Shown here one piece after another: positions 9,604 to 21,588 of a stretch of DNA of 64,000 nucleotides. Every line of letters starts with the position of its first letter. Within the stretch, counting starts at the first letter, position 1. Both the position numbers and the translations under genes were made by a program. This DNA comes from a virus (lineage: Duplodnaviria; Heunggongvirae; Uroviricota; Caudoviricetes), in IMG/VR virus record IMGVR_UViG_3300033405_000002, positions 32,001 through 96,000 of that record, one strand, 5' to 3'. Under the pieces are notes generated by a model that was given only the letters and a program-made list of their open reading frames with translations, was not told the DNA's origin and did not search any database.

Positions 9604-12228
9604 CGCCCTTCGGTGTTATAGCCCAGCTTGTTGAGCATGACGTTCTGGAATTCCCACTGGAGCACAGCCGCCATCACTGATGCTGCACCGTAGATGCGCG
9701 GCTTGTGCCATGTCTCGGTAACTCCCGCCACAGTCTCGTAGCCGAAGCCATCGTCAATGGCAAAACTCCCGGTTGGAACAGCGTGGTTTGCCCACGCCGG
9801 ATCAATCTTGGCGAGATCGGCTGGTGACCAATCAGGCACAGCAACCACGGTCAGGTTCTCCGGCTGGAGCGTCAAAGCACGCTTGTCCGGGGGCCATGAT
9901 GCGCCGCCGCTGGTTCCTTGCTGAATTGGCTGCGTTGCTGTAGCGATCTGAACTTGGCCCCAAATCTGATTGAGTTGTAAGGTGGTGAGGCCGCTGTAGT
10001 TAATGAACGTGTCCTTCTGCCAGAAGAACAGGAACCCCGCGATGAAGCGGAACCAGATGATGAGCGGCATCTGAATGAAAAAGCTGTGCAGGAAACGCAC
10101 GAACGCGTTGTGATAGCCTTTGGTGTAAAAAAGAAGCATAGAGCACCTCTACCTTGGTGCTCCGTATCAGTCTTCTTCTTCGAGATCGGTGCGCTCCAGA
10201 CGCCAGTTGTTTAGGTAGGGGATTAACGCCAGCGCATCGCCGTCGAATTCTTCTTCCACAAGATCGGCGAGGTCTGCGTCGTTGTCGTATGTGTCCACCG
10301 CCAAGTCTTCGAGAGGCAGTTCCATCATCATTTCTTCGTAGCCGTTTTCCACGGCGTTATTGAGACTCTCGTTCACCATCTGTTGGATTTCTTGCTCGGT
10401 CATTCGACATCCTTCCAGAGTTCGGCGAGTTCTGCCGTAATCTCTTTACGCGTCTGAACTTTCGCGTGCTCGCGCTCAGCTTCAGTCCAATCGGTCTGCT
10501 GAAACTCACGCGCTTCTTTGGGCAGTACGGTACACATTGTACCACGCTGCTTGTCATAAACAACGTTCAAGGCTTGATCTTGATATTGGACTCGCCAGAG
10601 CGAGCGGTTGTTAGATTGCTTGGAGACGAACTCCGCACCGCCGCGCTGGATCATGTTGACGATCTCCCGGCGTGCATCTTTGTTCAGGTCGATACCGTAA
10701 CGTTCCCCGGCTCGTTTCTTAGCGTGGGCATTTAGGATTTTCGGTGTCTTCGACATCTGCTTTCATCCTTGTCAGGAGTTGGACGCCGTAATAATCCCCG
10801 TGTTTTCGAAGGTGTTCAATGCAGGCTGCAATAGGATCGGGCTTTGGTACTGGACGAAGGTCTATCGGGGTGTCGTAAAGATCAATGTGCTTCATCCCCG
10901 TACCCGTCTCTGATGACTTGTCCATCGCCGCGATGAACTCCGTTTCTTGCCCTGCTGGTAGTGGCATACATTCGCAGTATAGCATCGAAGAAATTGACTG
11001 GCAATGGCTATTCGGTTTCGCGGAGCAGCGATAGCGGAACGCCCTGATCCTTGGCGTCCTGCGCATCAAGCAAGGTGCTTAACACGCCGCCTTCGCCTTC
11101 GATGGCCTCTTCAATAACGCGGTCAATACGCGGGTCCGCTGGAACGCCGTCGATGTCCCCGGTCATGGTAATACCCGCCTCTTCCAGTTCTTCCGGCGAG
11201 AGTTCCCCGGCTGGCATGGCGATGTTCAAGTTGCCTGTTGGCTGATGACCTGACGGAGCGGGACGCACGAGCGTCTTCTGGGCCAAGGGGTCTTGGGGCT
11301 TACGCACCTTTGGACCACCCATGGATGTCACGGAAGCACCTGTGGTGCCGGAAAGACCAACTGGAGTTTCTTGCTGGACAAACGTTGTCTTACCCGCTGT
11401 CTCAGCCTCTTTGTTCAGAGCTTCGATCAGCATTTCCCCGGCGAACTCTGCGATGACACCCTTGCTGTGCTTGTTGCACGGTGAGAACGAGCCGTCCGCC
11501 AGTGGCTTTGTGTAACGAACGTCTTCATACTCGCGGGTTGCTTTGCAGCCGCAGTCTTTTTCAATCGTGAGTCGGTGAATACTATTCTTCGTGACTTTCA
11601 TCAGTGTCCTCTTCGAGATGGGTCAGGACGTAATGAGCGTCCCAAGCGGCCCGATTCTTAAACAAGAGCGGATTTCCGAGTGCGTCTGGGCACTGGTAAC
11701 AGGCGGGCACGTAGCAGAACCACGTGCGCCAACTCTTGTACCAAAAGGGTTCCGGTATCGCAGGCACCCATCCCAACTGCGGGTCAAGTGTATAGGCTAC
11801 AGGCATTTAGCGCCCGATCAATTTGCCTTACGCTTTGACTTCTTAGTCGGAACTGGCTGGACTTCTGGTCCCGGAGTCGGCACGGCTGTCGCGACCGCTG
11901 TCGCTACTGGTGCTTCTGCCGCGAGCTTTTCGGCCGTCTGCTGGGCAAGCTTGTCACCAAGTTGCTTCTTCAGCGCCTCGATCTCGGCTTCCAATGACGC
12001 GTAAGGAATGGTCAGGTTCACCGCGTAGTTGATAAACGGACGAAAACCAATCGCCGTCTTCGGAGTTCCATCGTCATTCTTCAATTGCGTCTTGCCGTCT
12101 TCAGCAAGCACGGGCACTGTAACCTCGGTGCCAAGGGCGGCGACGCCCGGTTGAAGCTGGCGAATTTGCAGCGTTTCCGGCGTCAGTTCGATATACTCGT
12201 TGTTGTCTAAGAGAAATGTTACCTTCAT
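9600..12228 (-). CDS. Run of hypothetical genes (9600-10139, 10167-10403, 10400-10756, 10719-~10970, 11008-11601, 11582-11806, 11818-12228)
   Basis: Tiling minus-strand ORFs with RBSs; no recognisable domains. Confidence 0.6.
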
Positions 12229-12261
12229 TTTGTTGCTCCTGTGATCTAAATACTGCGTTTC

Positions 12262-12996
12262 TTAAAACTTGCCGATTGCTTGGCGGGACAGAAATCCAGT
12301 GACCCACCCGATCAAGAACCAGCGGCGTTTTGACTTCGCTGCTTCGGCTTTGATGACCTTGATTTGATCTGTGCATTGTTGCTGGTGGTCTGCATCAAGC
12401 TTCGTCACGCCAGCGACCTGAGCGTTCAGATCAAAAATACTTTTGTTTGCAGACGCCAATAGCTGGTCGTCATTCGCTTTCTGTGAAGTTTCGTTTGCGA
12501 GTTCCTGTGTCAGAACCGGGACTTTCTCCAATTGCTGCACGGTAGCGAGCGCGTTGGACGGCGTAACCGTGACGTTGCCGCCGCTAGTTGCCGCGCCACT
12601 GAAGTTCACGCCGGGAGCAAGCTGGGCCCAACGGTTAGCAAGATCGGGAAGAGGCAAAGTTGCGTCGGTCTTTTGCTGCTTCGTCAGGGCGGTTGCCAGC
12701 GCTACGTTAGCCGCCGTAAGCTGGGCGTTCATCGCCTCAACCGTATCACTTAAAGCCTGTTGTGCGGCCTTATCGGCAGCGACCTGTTGTGCCAGTTGCG
12801 CGTTAGCCTGAACCTGCGCGTCAGTGACGAGCTTTTGCGCCTGAAGTTGTTTGTTTGCTTCATCGGCGCGGATGTCAGCGTACTTGCCGTAGCCCCACCA
12901 GAGCAAGCCAGCGAGGATCACCACGATGATAAGACGTTCGTGATCGAGCAAGAAAGTGCGGATAATTCCGGGGGTTGAGCCAGTTGCGGTTGCCAT
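12262..12996 (-). CDS. Membrane-anchored coiled-coil protein (spanin-like)
   Basis: N-terminal TM, long Ala/Gln coiled coil, C-terminal hydrophobic segment. Confidence 0.45.
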   Translation of the reverse strand: MATATGSTPGIIRTFLLDHERLIIVVILAGLLWWGYGKYADIRADEANKQLQAQKLVTDAQVQANAQLAQQVAADKAAQQALSDTVEAMNAQLTAANVALATALTKQQKTDATLPLPDLANRWAQLAPGVNFSGAATSGGNVTVTPSNALATVQQLEKVPVLTQELANETSQKANDDQLLASANKSIFDLNAQVAGVTKLDADHQQQCTDQIKVIKAEAAKSKRRWFLIGWVTGFLSRQAIGKF

Positions 12997-13023
12997 AGTT
13001 GACCTCTATTTTGCCTTCAATAG

Positions 13024-14328
13024 TTACTTTTCCTTCTCTTTGAAGCGCTTGCACCAGCACGGTCCTTTTTCCTTTACCCACGAATGGATAGCCGGGGTTG
13101 AAACATCCCCGCAGCGCATCCATGCGCCTTTTGGTGACAGCCTATGGGACTTGCGCTCGTGGAAGCACTCACCACATTTGTCTGTCGGCAACTTCTTACG
13201 CTTCTTTGGTTCTTTCTTTTCCTTGGCGAGTTTCTTAACCTCTGCCGTTGGTAGAATCTTTTTGGTTTTCTGTCGCGCCTCGCGGCTACGCCCGTCCTTG
13301 CAGACCTCTTGAGTCAGGATCGGAATTCCAAGATCAGGATCAAGCTTGGCGATCTGGTTGGCGCTGAACTTGTATTCCTTGCCGTACTTCTTGATGATCT
13401 CCCGATAGTTCACGATGGTTGGGTCGATCTTAGCGAAGTAGTCCTGACGCAGGCGATCCTTGATAATGCAGTAGACGATGAACAGGTTCTTTGGTGCCTT
13501 AATCTCGTTACGCTTGAGCGCCGCGATAACGGATTTGGCGATCTCCATTGGGCTGTGCTGCCCTTCGATAAGCACAAGCTTTTTGACAAGCGCGGTGACA
13601 GTGCGCTGGCGGGAATGCTTCTTTGGTTCATCAATTAGCTGTTCTTGAATTTGTTCCGGCGCGGGGACGGTTTCATCAAGATGCAGGTCTTCCTCGACCA
13701 TGGAAGTTGCGACATCGGGTTGGTCTTTGAAAAGTTCTTCCACGAGCGGACTGAAATAATAGACACGTTGCTCTTTCGGAACATGAGATAAGTTCAGGAG
13801 ATTTCGAACTGGGGTTTCAAGCAGGATGGATTTGGTCCTCAGCGTGACGCGGACAACAGCGCGTCCATCGCCGATGATTTCCACCATACCGCAGAAATCA
13901 CGAGTTTCACCGTTCAGGATGCGGACAAAGCTGCCAACCTCGATGCCGATAGCACGCTTGCGGTGTTCCTCCTCCGCCTGCTTGATGAGTCCCTGAACGT
14001 ACTCATCTTCTACCGTAATCGCTTTGCTGGGGCGGTTGGTATCGCCTTCAGTGACCAAGCTGACCACCCCGGTGATAGACTTCAACCGAAGTAAGGCCGA
14101 AAAGGATGTTGAACGAACGAACACGTAAGGCCCAGTGCTCATCTCAAACACGTCCAGATCGCGTTTAACAACCGGGATGAATAGTTCGATTGGGTCGGTG
14201 CGGAAAATGCCGTTTAACGCGTTCCCAACGCGCCGCATGGTGCTTTCTATGGTCTTCTCAGACCTCAATTCCATCATGTGCCATGGCAAGCCTTTAAGCT
14301 TTGACACGTCGCCGTACTCAAGGATCAT
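13024..14328 (-). CDS. NusG-family transcription factor with C-terminal extension
   Basis: NGN-like (W..M.LRS, ELFIP, GPYVFVR, ITGVVSLV) plus KOW (IEVGSFVRILNGETRDFCGMVE); start placed at MILEYG by the promoter motif. Confidence 0.8.
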   Translation of the reverse strand: MILEYGDVSKLKGLPWHMMELRSEKTIESTMRRVGNALNGIFRTDPIELFIPVVKRDLDVFEMSTGPYVFVRSTSFSALLRLKSITGVVSLVTEGDTNRPSKAITVEDEYVQGLIKQAEEEHRKRAIGIEVGSFVRILNGETRDFCGMVEIIGDGRAVVRVTLRTKSILLETPVRNLLNLSHVPKEQRVYYFSPLVEELFKDQPDVATSMVEEDLHLDETVPAPEQIQEQLIDEPKKHSRQRTVTALVKKLVLIEGQHSPMEIAKSVIAALKRNEIKAPKNLFIVYCIIKDRLRQDYFAKIDPTIVNYREIIKKYGKEYKFSANQIAKLDPDLGIPILTQEVCKDGRSREARQKTKKILPTAEVKKLAKEKKEPKKRKKLPTDKCGECFHERKSHRLSPKGAWMRCGDVSTPAIHSWVKEKGPCWCKRFKEKEK

Positions 14329-14392
14329 GTCGTACAATACTGAGTTCAGTTGATTTTTGTCTGAATTCAGGTATGATGGTATTTGAATACAA

Positions 14393-14614
14393 ATGAACCT
14401 GAACTCCACCGCTGACCTGAGACGCTACGCCGAAAGTGCCAAGGCGAAGCTCTGGCAACGGAAAATTGAGTTGGAGCAAGAATTAGGCGAGACGAACACT
14501 CAGCTAGTCGCTATCGGGCGGCTGCTGAAAGAGCCGAGCGCGGCGAAACTAGCGGCTCTGGAAAAAGCACGGGCTGGGATCGGGAAGAAAACTGAACCGG
14601 AAGCGGGGACTTAA
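14393..14614 (+). CDS. Small coiled-coil hypothetical protein
   Basis: Fills the gap between nusG-like and dnaX genes. Confidence 0.45.
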   Translation: MNLNSTADLRRYAESAKAKLWQRKIELEQELGETNTQLVAIGRLLKEPSAAKLAALEKARAGIGKKTEPEAGT

Positions 14615-15759
14615 ACCGCTTCGTCTTCGAGCATGGCTGCGAGCGGCGAGCGGCGTACTTGGGGCGTCGGTGCAGCGCCGGAGGTCTTATTGGGTGTAAG
14701 TCGAGCTTTATTGGGCGTTGTTTGCAGCGCGTGTGGGGCGGACGTTTTAAGCAGTTCGTAGACAATGATGGTCACGACATCGGCTGGGGCATTTTGAATA
14801 GATGCCCATTTTGCCAGTATTTCAGCAACTTTTCCTACGTCTGGGAGTCCGAGATAAATTTTATTCAGTTCCGCATCGTTCGCATAGATCGAGCGGGCGT
14901 AAAGCGAGAACATCCGCTCAGCAGCCTGACGCGGCAGTTCTTTCAGCGCCATCTCATCCGCCAGCTTGACGGCTTCTGTTTGATTCTTTGACGCGATAGT
15001 CAGCAGCAAGCGTTCGCACAGATCGTCCAGAGACGTATCCACAACCATCTTGACCGTTTTGGCATCCACGGTCACGCCCATGGCACCGCAAGTATCAAGA
15101 TATTGGACAGCATCGCGCACTACACCACGGCTCTGCCGTGCGATGATCTTCAAGGCTTCAAGCTCGTAAGGAATGTTGTTCTGCGTCGCCACGTTTGCAA
15201 GGTGACCGACAATGACTTCCTGCGCCACGCGCTCAAACGGAATGCGAATGCACCGCGAGCGGATATTCTGTTGAATCTTGCTGAAGTCCTGTGTGACGAA
15301 TATGAACACCGAGTCCACATCGCCGGACTCCAATGTCTTCAGGTACGCTCCCCACGCTTCGCCGGATAGGAAGTGTGCTTCATCCACGATAGTGACTCGC
15401 CGCTTACCAAGGATCGGCATGGTAATTGTGGATTCAACGATCTCACGAGCCGCCTCCACGCCAGACCTAACCGCGCCGTCAATTTCAATGAAGTCAGGGT
15501 GCTTGTCAATGCCGTCTGTTTGGATGGTCAGACAAGATGGGCACTCGCCACAACCAAGCGGGTTCTGGCCCGTACACATTAGCGCCCGTGCCAACAGGTA
15601 AGCTGTGGTCGTTTTTCCAACACCGACTACACCGTGCAAGATGATCCCGCGCTGGAGGAACTTGGCGTTGCGCAAGACAGCCTGAATCACTTCAATGGGT
15701 CGTTGTTGTCCGACCACATCGTTCCATGTCATCGGTCTCTGTGCAATCAAGTTAGGCAT
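14611..15759 (-). CDS. dnaX: DNA polymerase III gamma/tau-like clamp loader subunit
   Basis: RP.TW.DVVGQ, GVVGVGKTT, Cys zinc cluster, IVDEAH, SRC motif, RDA. Confidence 0.92.
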   Translation of the reverse strand: MPNLIAQRPMTWNDVVGQQRPIEVIQAVLRNAKFLQRGIILHGVVGVGKTTTAYLLARALMCTGQNPLGCGECPSCLTIQTDGIDKHPDFIEIDGAVRSGVEAAREIVESTITMPILGKRRVTIVDEAHFLSGEAWGAYLKTLESGDVDSVFIFVTQDFSKIQQNIRSRCIRIPFERVAQEVIVGHLANVATQNNIPYELEALKIIARQSRGVVRDAVQYLDTCGAMGVTVDAKTVKMVVDTSLDDLCERLLLTIASKNQTEAVKLADEMALKELPRQAAERMFSLYARSIYANDAELNKIYLGLPDVGKVAEILAKWASIQNAPADVVTIIVYELLKTSAPHALQTTPNKARLTPNKTSGAAPTPQVRRSPLAAMLEDEAV

Positions 15760-16967
15760 TTACTTTACTTTATCATACCAAAGGCGTCCGTTTCGAACCA
15801 GACCGAACGCGCCAAAATATTCTAGCTGTGCGTCCCAATGCTCGGCACAATACCACATGCGCCCTTCTTCGGTTTCCGTAAATTCAATACCGGGCTTTCC
15901 GCAACGCCCAGAGTCATCGCGGGATGAAGAGTGCTTCATAGTTACGAAACAACACAAGCGGTCGCCGTCAGCCATTTAGCTCCCCCAGATGTACCGAGTT
16001 AGGATGATGCTCAAGGCAGAGCCGCACATCCCACCCATAGTAAAAGCTAAGGTGGACACACCGTCCCGCATCTTCTCATGCTCTATGAATATTTTACTGA
16101 TGATCGTATTTTGGAGCACAATTAGGCCGTCGGTCGTCACCGTCCAGATGATAAAACCTTTGGCGAGCGCACGGAAGTTTGTAGCCACGATGAAGAACGA
16201 AATGAGTTCAGATGCGAAACAGAAACAGAACAAGCCAAAGCGGTTCTGCGGCGGCTTGATGCGTGCGATCAGACGATCAAGAACCTGCGGGATTTGCAGT
16301 CCTTGGAAAAATGTCTTAACGGACGGGAATGCTTCTTGAAGAAGAAACATCAATCACACCAGTCGCGGGACATGATCTCGTACTGTCTCTCGTATCTCTC
16401 CCAGCACGTAGTGCATCCCATCCCGCCGTTACAAGTAGGTCTGGCGAGCCGACCGTCTACGATCACTGGGCGGTACTGCAAGTTCTCAGTACAAGGTTGG
16501 CGCGTGGCGAAATCACACTCGTCGTAGAAAGCAAGTTCAGCGCGGCACTCTGCCAATCGCTCCGGCGTAATCGGCTCAGACCTCTTGCCATCAATGGTGT
16601 AACTCTGCTTCCATTCGGGCCAGCTTGCCACTTCAAGAGTGCAGCGCGTGCCGTTGCGCCAGAAGCTACGATTATCTGGGCTTTCGATGCAGTGTCCAAA
16701 ACCGCTTGGAGACTTCCGACCAGTGATTATCGCGTAGAGCGTTGCGCCGTCGCGAGGCTTGCGCTTGATCGCCTTGCCGCCTTCGTACCCGGCGTACTCG
16801 AACGCTATGCGGATTTTGTCGGCTTCACAGTCAGTTGAGAAAAGACGTTTGTCTTTGGTGAACGGGCCAACGTGGAGCACGGAGCGCCCGTCAAGCACAA
16901 GGGGCCATTGCTCCTGACACCAAATACATTGCGTCGTACATGCCTTGAACAACTCTGCGTTTTTCAT
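15760..16967 (-). CDS. Three hypothetical genes (15760-15975, 15976-16353 membrane protein, 16350-16967)
   Basis: Coupled ORFs. Confidence 0.55.
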
Positions 16968-17131
16968 TTCTTTGGCTCGTAGTCCATGCACGGATACTGA
17001 CGGTTCTGCGCATCATACGCGCTGCGATATGGGCATTCAAAGACACGCCCTTCGCACAAGTGGGCAGTGCAATCAGTCCCCTTGGGGTTCTCAACCGTCT
17101 TCGTCATCCACTTGCAGAAAACATCTGCCAT

Positions 17132-17587
17132 TTAGAGTGTGCCTGAACGCGGCGCTCTTGCCATTCCTTGCTGTGCCGCTTGCATCTGGAGAATCTTGCT
17201 GAACTTCACGAAGGCGTCTTCCGCCAGCAGAGACATTCCTTCTTTTTGGTAGTCTCCCAGCGAGCGCGGATCAACGAAGCGAACTTCGGTGTAATCCGAA
17301 CCGGGCGTTGGCTCACCGGACGAAGCGCACTCGGCAAAGCAGAACACGGCGACACGATGGTCGCCGGGTTCCACAACTTCAGACAGGAAGAGCACTTGCT
17401 TGGGAATCACCGAAATCCCGCACTGTTCTTTCATCACGCGCTCTGATGTTTTGATAATCTGCTCGTCGGAAGCAATCAGACCGCTTGGAACGACCCACTT
17501 CCCGGCGTCTGGGCCGGATGCTGCCTTGGCAATCAGGACGTTAACCGCGTCCTTCATTACGATGGTTGCTACGTGTAGTTCGGGCAT
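17132..17587 (-). CDS. NUDIX-fold hydrolase (degenerate Nudix box)
   Basis: GKWVVPSGLIASDEQIIKTSERVMKEQCGI resembles GX5EX7REUXEEXGU. Confidence 0.7.
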   Translation of the reverse strand: MPELHVATIVMKDAVNVLIAKAASGPDAGKWVVPSGLIASDEQIIKTSERVMKEQCGISVIPKQVLFLSEVVEPGDHRVAVFCFAECASSGEPTPGSDYTEVRFVDPRSLGDYQKEGMSLLAEDAFVKFSKILQMQAAQQGMARAPRSGTL

Positions 17588-17976
17588 TATATCTCCGTGA
17601 TTTCTTGAATCTGGCTCGTGACAATCACACGTGGGTGATCGTCGGTGCTGAATTCCATGTACATTCCGCGACCTACATAGTCCAGCCGTAACATTGAACC
17701 GCCGTAGTTCGAACCTTGAATGTAACAGCGAGTAGGCTTTGGACAATACTTCGCGTTGCCGCTGATATAAAATTCGTCTTCTCCACGCTTCTCAATCACG
17801 TACAGCGTGTCCCTAGTCTGCACCTTCAGCGCCTTGCCAACCGGAAGGAACGGCTCGTCCTTCACCGAATCGCCGCTGGGCCGCTTCAACCACACACCAC
17901 CCATCAACTCTTGGCTGGCAAGCGCGTTGTTAATTTCGGCGCTCAAGTTCGGATGTGGTTTGTACGGTTCTCTCAT
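17587..17976 (-). CDS. Hypothetical protein
   Basis: Coupled ORF. Confidence 0.6.
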   Translation of the reverse strand: MREPYKPHPNLSAEINNALASQELMGGVWLKRPSGDSVKDEPFLPVGKALKVQTRDTLYVIEKRGEDEFYISGNAKYCPKPTRCYIQGSNYGGSMLRLDYVGRGMYMEFSTDDHPRVIVTSQIQEITEI

Positions 17977-19217
17977 TCTTCTTCGGGCTCTTCCGCTTCG
18001 TAAGGTAGCAGACCAAAGTTCCCCGGTTCCAGTTTCAGTGTCTCGTTCACGTTGTCGATGAAAATGTTAACGCCGTTCTTCATGGCAATCAACCACTCAC
18101 ACCAGTAGTCTCGGATTTCCAGTGAGCCACGGCTTTTAGCGTGGACTTTCATTTCCTTCTTGAACTGCGGCAGATCAAATCCCCGCAGTGCGGCGCATCC
18201 AGCGTCGGATAGGTTGACGTTATCGTTAATGTCGATGGTAAGCAGGTCTGTGCGATACTGCTTCTCCTCGCCCTTCTTGTTGAACTTTGAATCCAGATGT
18301 TGGAAAGTCACAGCAGCCGACACCACTTCAGATTCCTGTGTCAGATTCAGCAGGGTGAATGCTGTGCTGACACTGGCTTCACTGGATGGTTCACTCGCCT
18401 TGAACAGCCTGATCTTTGCCGGAGTGCTCAAGCCAGCCCATTGCCCGGTCTCAAGCTCAGCCAGAGCGAAGTAGTTGCTCACGATACGTTCCATCAACTT
18501 GTCTTCCAGCTTCTCAACCTCGTCTGGACGGAAGCGGCGCAAGTCTTCGGCGCGAGATGCCATTTGGCTCTCGAATTTGTTATCGCCGCGAACGGCGTTC
18601 AAGAACTTGCTGGGCCAGTTGAAATCTCCAAACTGCCATGCAAGATTGACAATCTCGATCTCGTCTTCGTTACCGAAAGAGCAAAGCAGTGTCCGCAGGA
18701 AGCCGATGTATTCCGGCTTGGTTGTCAGCGCGTACACGCGCTCAGCAGTGATGTCAATGAGCACCGGGAATTGGACACGAGAACTTACAGCAGACGCCGT
18801 AACAGCGCCTTCTACCTGCTTCTTCTCATCCTTGTTCAAGAATTTGAATGGCTTGTTCGCCAGTTCATAGGCGTGCGCTTCTTGCTTGGATTTTGGGTCG
18901 GTCACATCTTCGTAGTCGTTGATGCAAAACCAGAAGCCCAGTTTGCCGTCCCCCAACTTGAACTCGTCCCCGACGCCGTAACAATCGGTGCGCGTTGCAG
19001 GATCAAAACCTTCTTCGGTTGGCGCTTCGTAATCGTAGTTCTCGTCCTTGCGCGGGCTGGCGAACGGGTTGATACCGATGCTGACCGTATGCTCGAACTT
19101 CGTTACGTGCATCGCCCTGTACTGGCTGGCGGCAAACGCCAACGCAGGGTCACTGAATCTCTGCTCAAGCACACTGCTACGAATTCCGAAAACCGCCCAC
19201 GTGCCACGTCCGAACAT
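17973..19217 (-). CDS. Hypothetical protein, possibly RdgC-like
   Basis: 414-aa ORF; LNKDEKKQV...VLID...VY pattern loosely recalls RdgC. Confidence 0.45.
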   Translation of the reverse strand: MFGRGTWAVFGIRSSVLEQRFSDPALAFAASQYRAMHVTKFEHTVSIGINPFASPRKDENYDYEAPTEEGFDPATRTDCYGVGDEFKLGDGKLGFWFCINDYEDVTDPKSKQEAHAYELANKPFKFLNKDEKKQVEGAVTASAVSSRVQFPVLIDITAERVYALTTKPEYIGFLRTLLCSFGNEDEIEIVNLAWQFGDFNWPSKFLNAVRGDNKFESQMASRAEDLRRFRPDEVEKLEDKLMERIVSNYFALAELETGQWAGLSTPAKIRLFKASEPSSEASVSTAFTLLNLTQESEVVSAAVTFQHLDSKFNKKGEEKQYRTDLLTIDINDNVNLSDAGCAALRGFDLPQFKKEMKVHAKSRGSLEIRDYWCEWLIAMKNGVNIFIDNVNETLKLEPGNFGLLPYEAEEPEEE

Positions 19218-20401
19218 TTAACCTTCCTCTTCTTCGCTTTCGTCAAGAACCTGTTTGGTCAGGTTCAAGCCTGACTTGGCAAACTCGTCGCCACGGTTGG
19301 CAACCAACTCAATAAGCTGGTCACGGACGCTGTGCGCTTCTTCGATCACGGTGTCCGTCAAACTCAGGAGCGCCATGTGCGTATGCACCGGGTTCCCGTT
19401 CATGGACGTTTCGATGGTCTCACTCAACCAGCCGTCAAGGTTGCTGATGAACCTATCGAACACTTCGTTCAAGACCGTGGTCGCCGCAAGCTCAGTTACC
19501 AGATCATCTGCTTCGTCTGCAACTGGCTCTAGGTTCACAGTGCCTTGGATGGTTTCTACGCTCTTGCCGTCTGCGTTCATAGTTATTCTGCTTTCTTCAG
19601 AAGTTCCTGCGGTGTTGCCGCCTTGTCAGCGGACGTTACTTTGGTGCGCGAAACTACCTGACGCTCAGCGCCTTCGAGACTCCAAGCGGTTTCTGCCTGC
19701 TCCGTGTCTTCGGGAAGTATGAGCGCTTCCACCTTTGCGGCGCAGTCACGGTAGTATTCAATGCCCTTCATCTGACTGCGAGTGAGTTGACCTGTCACAT
19801 CGCCACGTGCGGCGATAGCATTGGCTTGCTTGTGATACTGCGTTGCGATGGATCGTAAATTAGGCATGTAGTCTCACCTTTGCAAATGCCCGGTTAAGGG
19901 ATTCCTGCACCTTTTGGCGCATCCATTCTTCGGGATCGTTCTCCCGCAGTTCGCGATCTCGCTTCTCTGCGGTTTCCCTTGGGAAGTAATACTCCCAGAC
20001 TTGCTCGATGCTGTAGAACTTCTTCATGCCAGCTTGTCTTTGACAAACTCTCGCACGGTGTTGTCCAACTTGTCCGCCAGTTCCTTGCCGTGCAAACTCA
20101 AAAAGGCACGTGCCTGATCGGTTGTGAACTCATTGCCCTTAGCTCTGCGGACAAGAGTCCCGATACCGCGTAGCCTGCCGATGCCGTACTCAATACGAAT
20201 GCCGTCGAAAGGAAGTTCCTTTGGGGACTTTCCCGGCTTGAAGCCAGCAGCATTGCGTACCGCCGTCCATAGGTCTTCTTCATCCACGGGACGGTCAGGG
20301 TGCCAAACGGCCGCGTAATACAGGTTGCGCACCGCTTCGATGAGGTCAGTAAGCTGACCTTCAACAGTTTGAATCGAGTTTTCTTCTGTCATTGCTTTCA
20401 T
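19218..20401 (-). CDS. Hypothetical genes (19218-19580, 19583-19867, 20024-20401)
   Basis: Tiling ORFs with RBSs. Confidence 0.55.
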
Positions 20402-20415
20402 CCTGTCTCCTAATA

Positions 20416-21588
20416 CTAGCGTGCTGACTTTTCCAAGTAAGCGTTCGACACCATCTTAAGCATAACACGCCCAAGCTTCCAATGTTTACGTTCCTTGAGC
20501 GGTTTGATGACAATGCCTTCACGCATACAGTTGGCTCCCTTGAGTAGGGATTGGCCGTCTGCGAGCGCCTGAAGTTTCTCGAAATCGAACGGCATGATGC
20601 CAAAGTCAGGAACACGGTGCTCCGCTGGCAGTTCGGCGATAAACCGCTCCGCGTCAATGTATTCCATGCCTTCCAGAATATCGAAGGCGCGGAAGAACAA
20701 TTGTCCCGGTTTCGCTCCGTACTTGAGCGGCTGCACCCAGCCAAAGACTTCGCCGTACAGCACCGTCTCCGGGTTGGTTATCATCCACTCCTGAATCCAT
20801 GGGTTTTGTTCGATGGCTCTCCACCAGTTTGAGCCGCCTTCCTTCTTCTTCCACTCCGTGCGCGATCCCGCGTGGAACGTGTAGTCGGAGCAGTTGTAGA
20901 CAGCACCCCCCGGTTTCTTTTCTTTGTAATCCGGCCCCATCGTGGAGACATAACGTGCGTTCTGTCCGTCCAGTTTTTCAGACACGTAGACTGGCTCGCC
21001 AGCCTCAAAGCAGTCGGCGAACTTGTAAACAGACTCCACGTCATACTTCGGGGCGTAGATCATCGGCGGCGGGGACGCTACATCGTCTCCGGCGTGCTTA
21101 CGGCTGCCTTCCAGTTCATCTGCCGTTGGCGGCTCGTAGTGTGTGATCCCAAGAATCTCGGCTACATCATCGCCGATCTGGGAACCTTCCGGCGCTGGCA
21201 AAAGCATACCCATGCTGATAATACCGCGCAGCTTGCGCACTGTGATGCGCAGGTACTTTGTGTTGGCGTCGATGCGCTTCTCAAGCTCAGCCAACTTTTG
21301 CTCATAGTCAAGACGGGCCAGATCGCTCTCGTGCTCAGCTTCCATCTTGGCGCGAAGCTCTTCCCGTTCTTTACGTAGGTTGTTCGTCTCTTTCAAGAAA
21401 CGGTACTCCGGCTTGTCAGGAAGGACGGAATCAGGCTGGACGTATGCGGCTTTTTCAACGCCTTGCCAGTCGGCGGTGTTCACCACACATGTGAAGTTGT
21501 ACACGCGCACGACGGACAGCTTGTCCGCGTCTGGGTGCTTCTCCAGCACTACTGGAACGATTTCTACTTTGTGCGTCTCAACTCCCAT
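20416..21588 (-). CDS. RNA ligase, DRB0094/Rnl5 family
   Basis: N-terminal OB fold (HPDADKL, KLRGIISMG), SEKLDG adenylation motif, YGE, FDI, REGIV, K.VS..YL. Confidence 0.9.
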   Translation of the reverse strand: MGVETHKVEIVPVVLEKHPDADKLSVVRVYNFTCVVNTADWQGVEKAAYVQPDSVLPDKPEYRFLKETNNLRKEREELRAKMEAEHESDLARLDYEQKLAELEKRIDANTKYLRITVRKLRGIISMGMLLPAPEGSQIGDDVAEILGITHYEPPTADELEGSRKHAGDDVASPPPMIYAPKYDVESVYKFADCFEAGEPVYVSEKLDGQNARYVSTMGPDYKEKKPGGAVYNCSDYTFHAGSRTEWKKKEGGSNWWRAIEQNPWIQEWMITNPETVLYGEVFGWVQPLKYGAKPGQLFFRAFDILEGMEYIDAERFIAELPAEHRVPDFGIMPFDFEKLQALADGQSLLKGANCMREGIVIKPLKERKHWKLGRVMLKMVSNAYLEKSAR

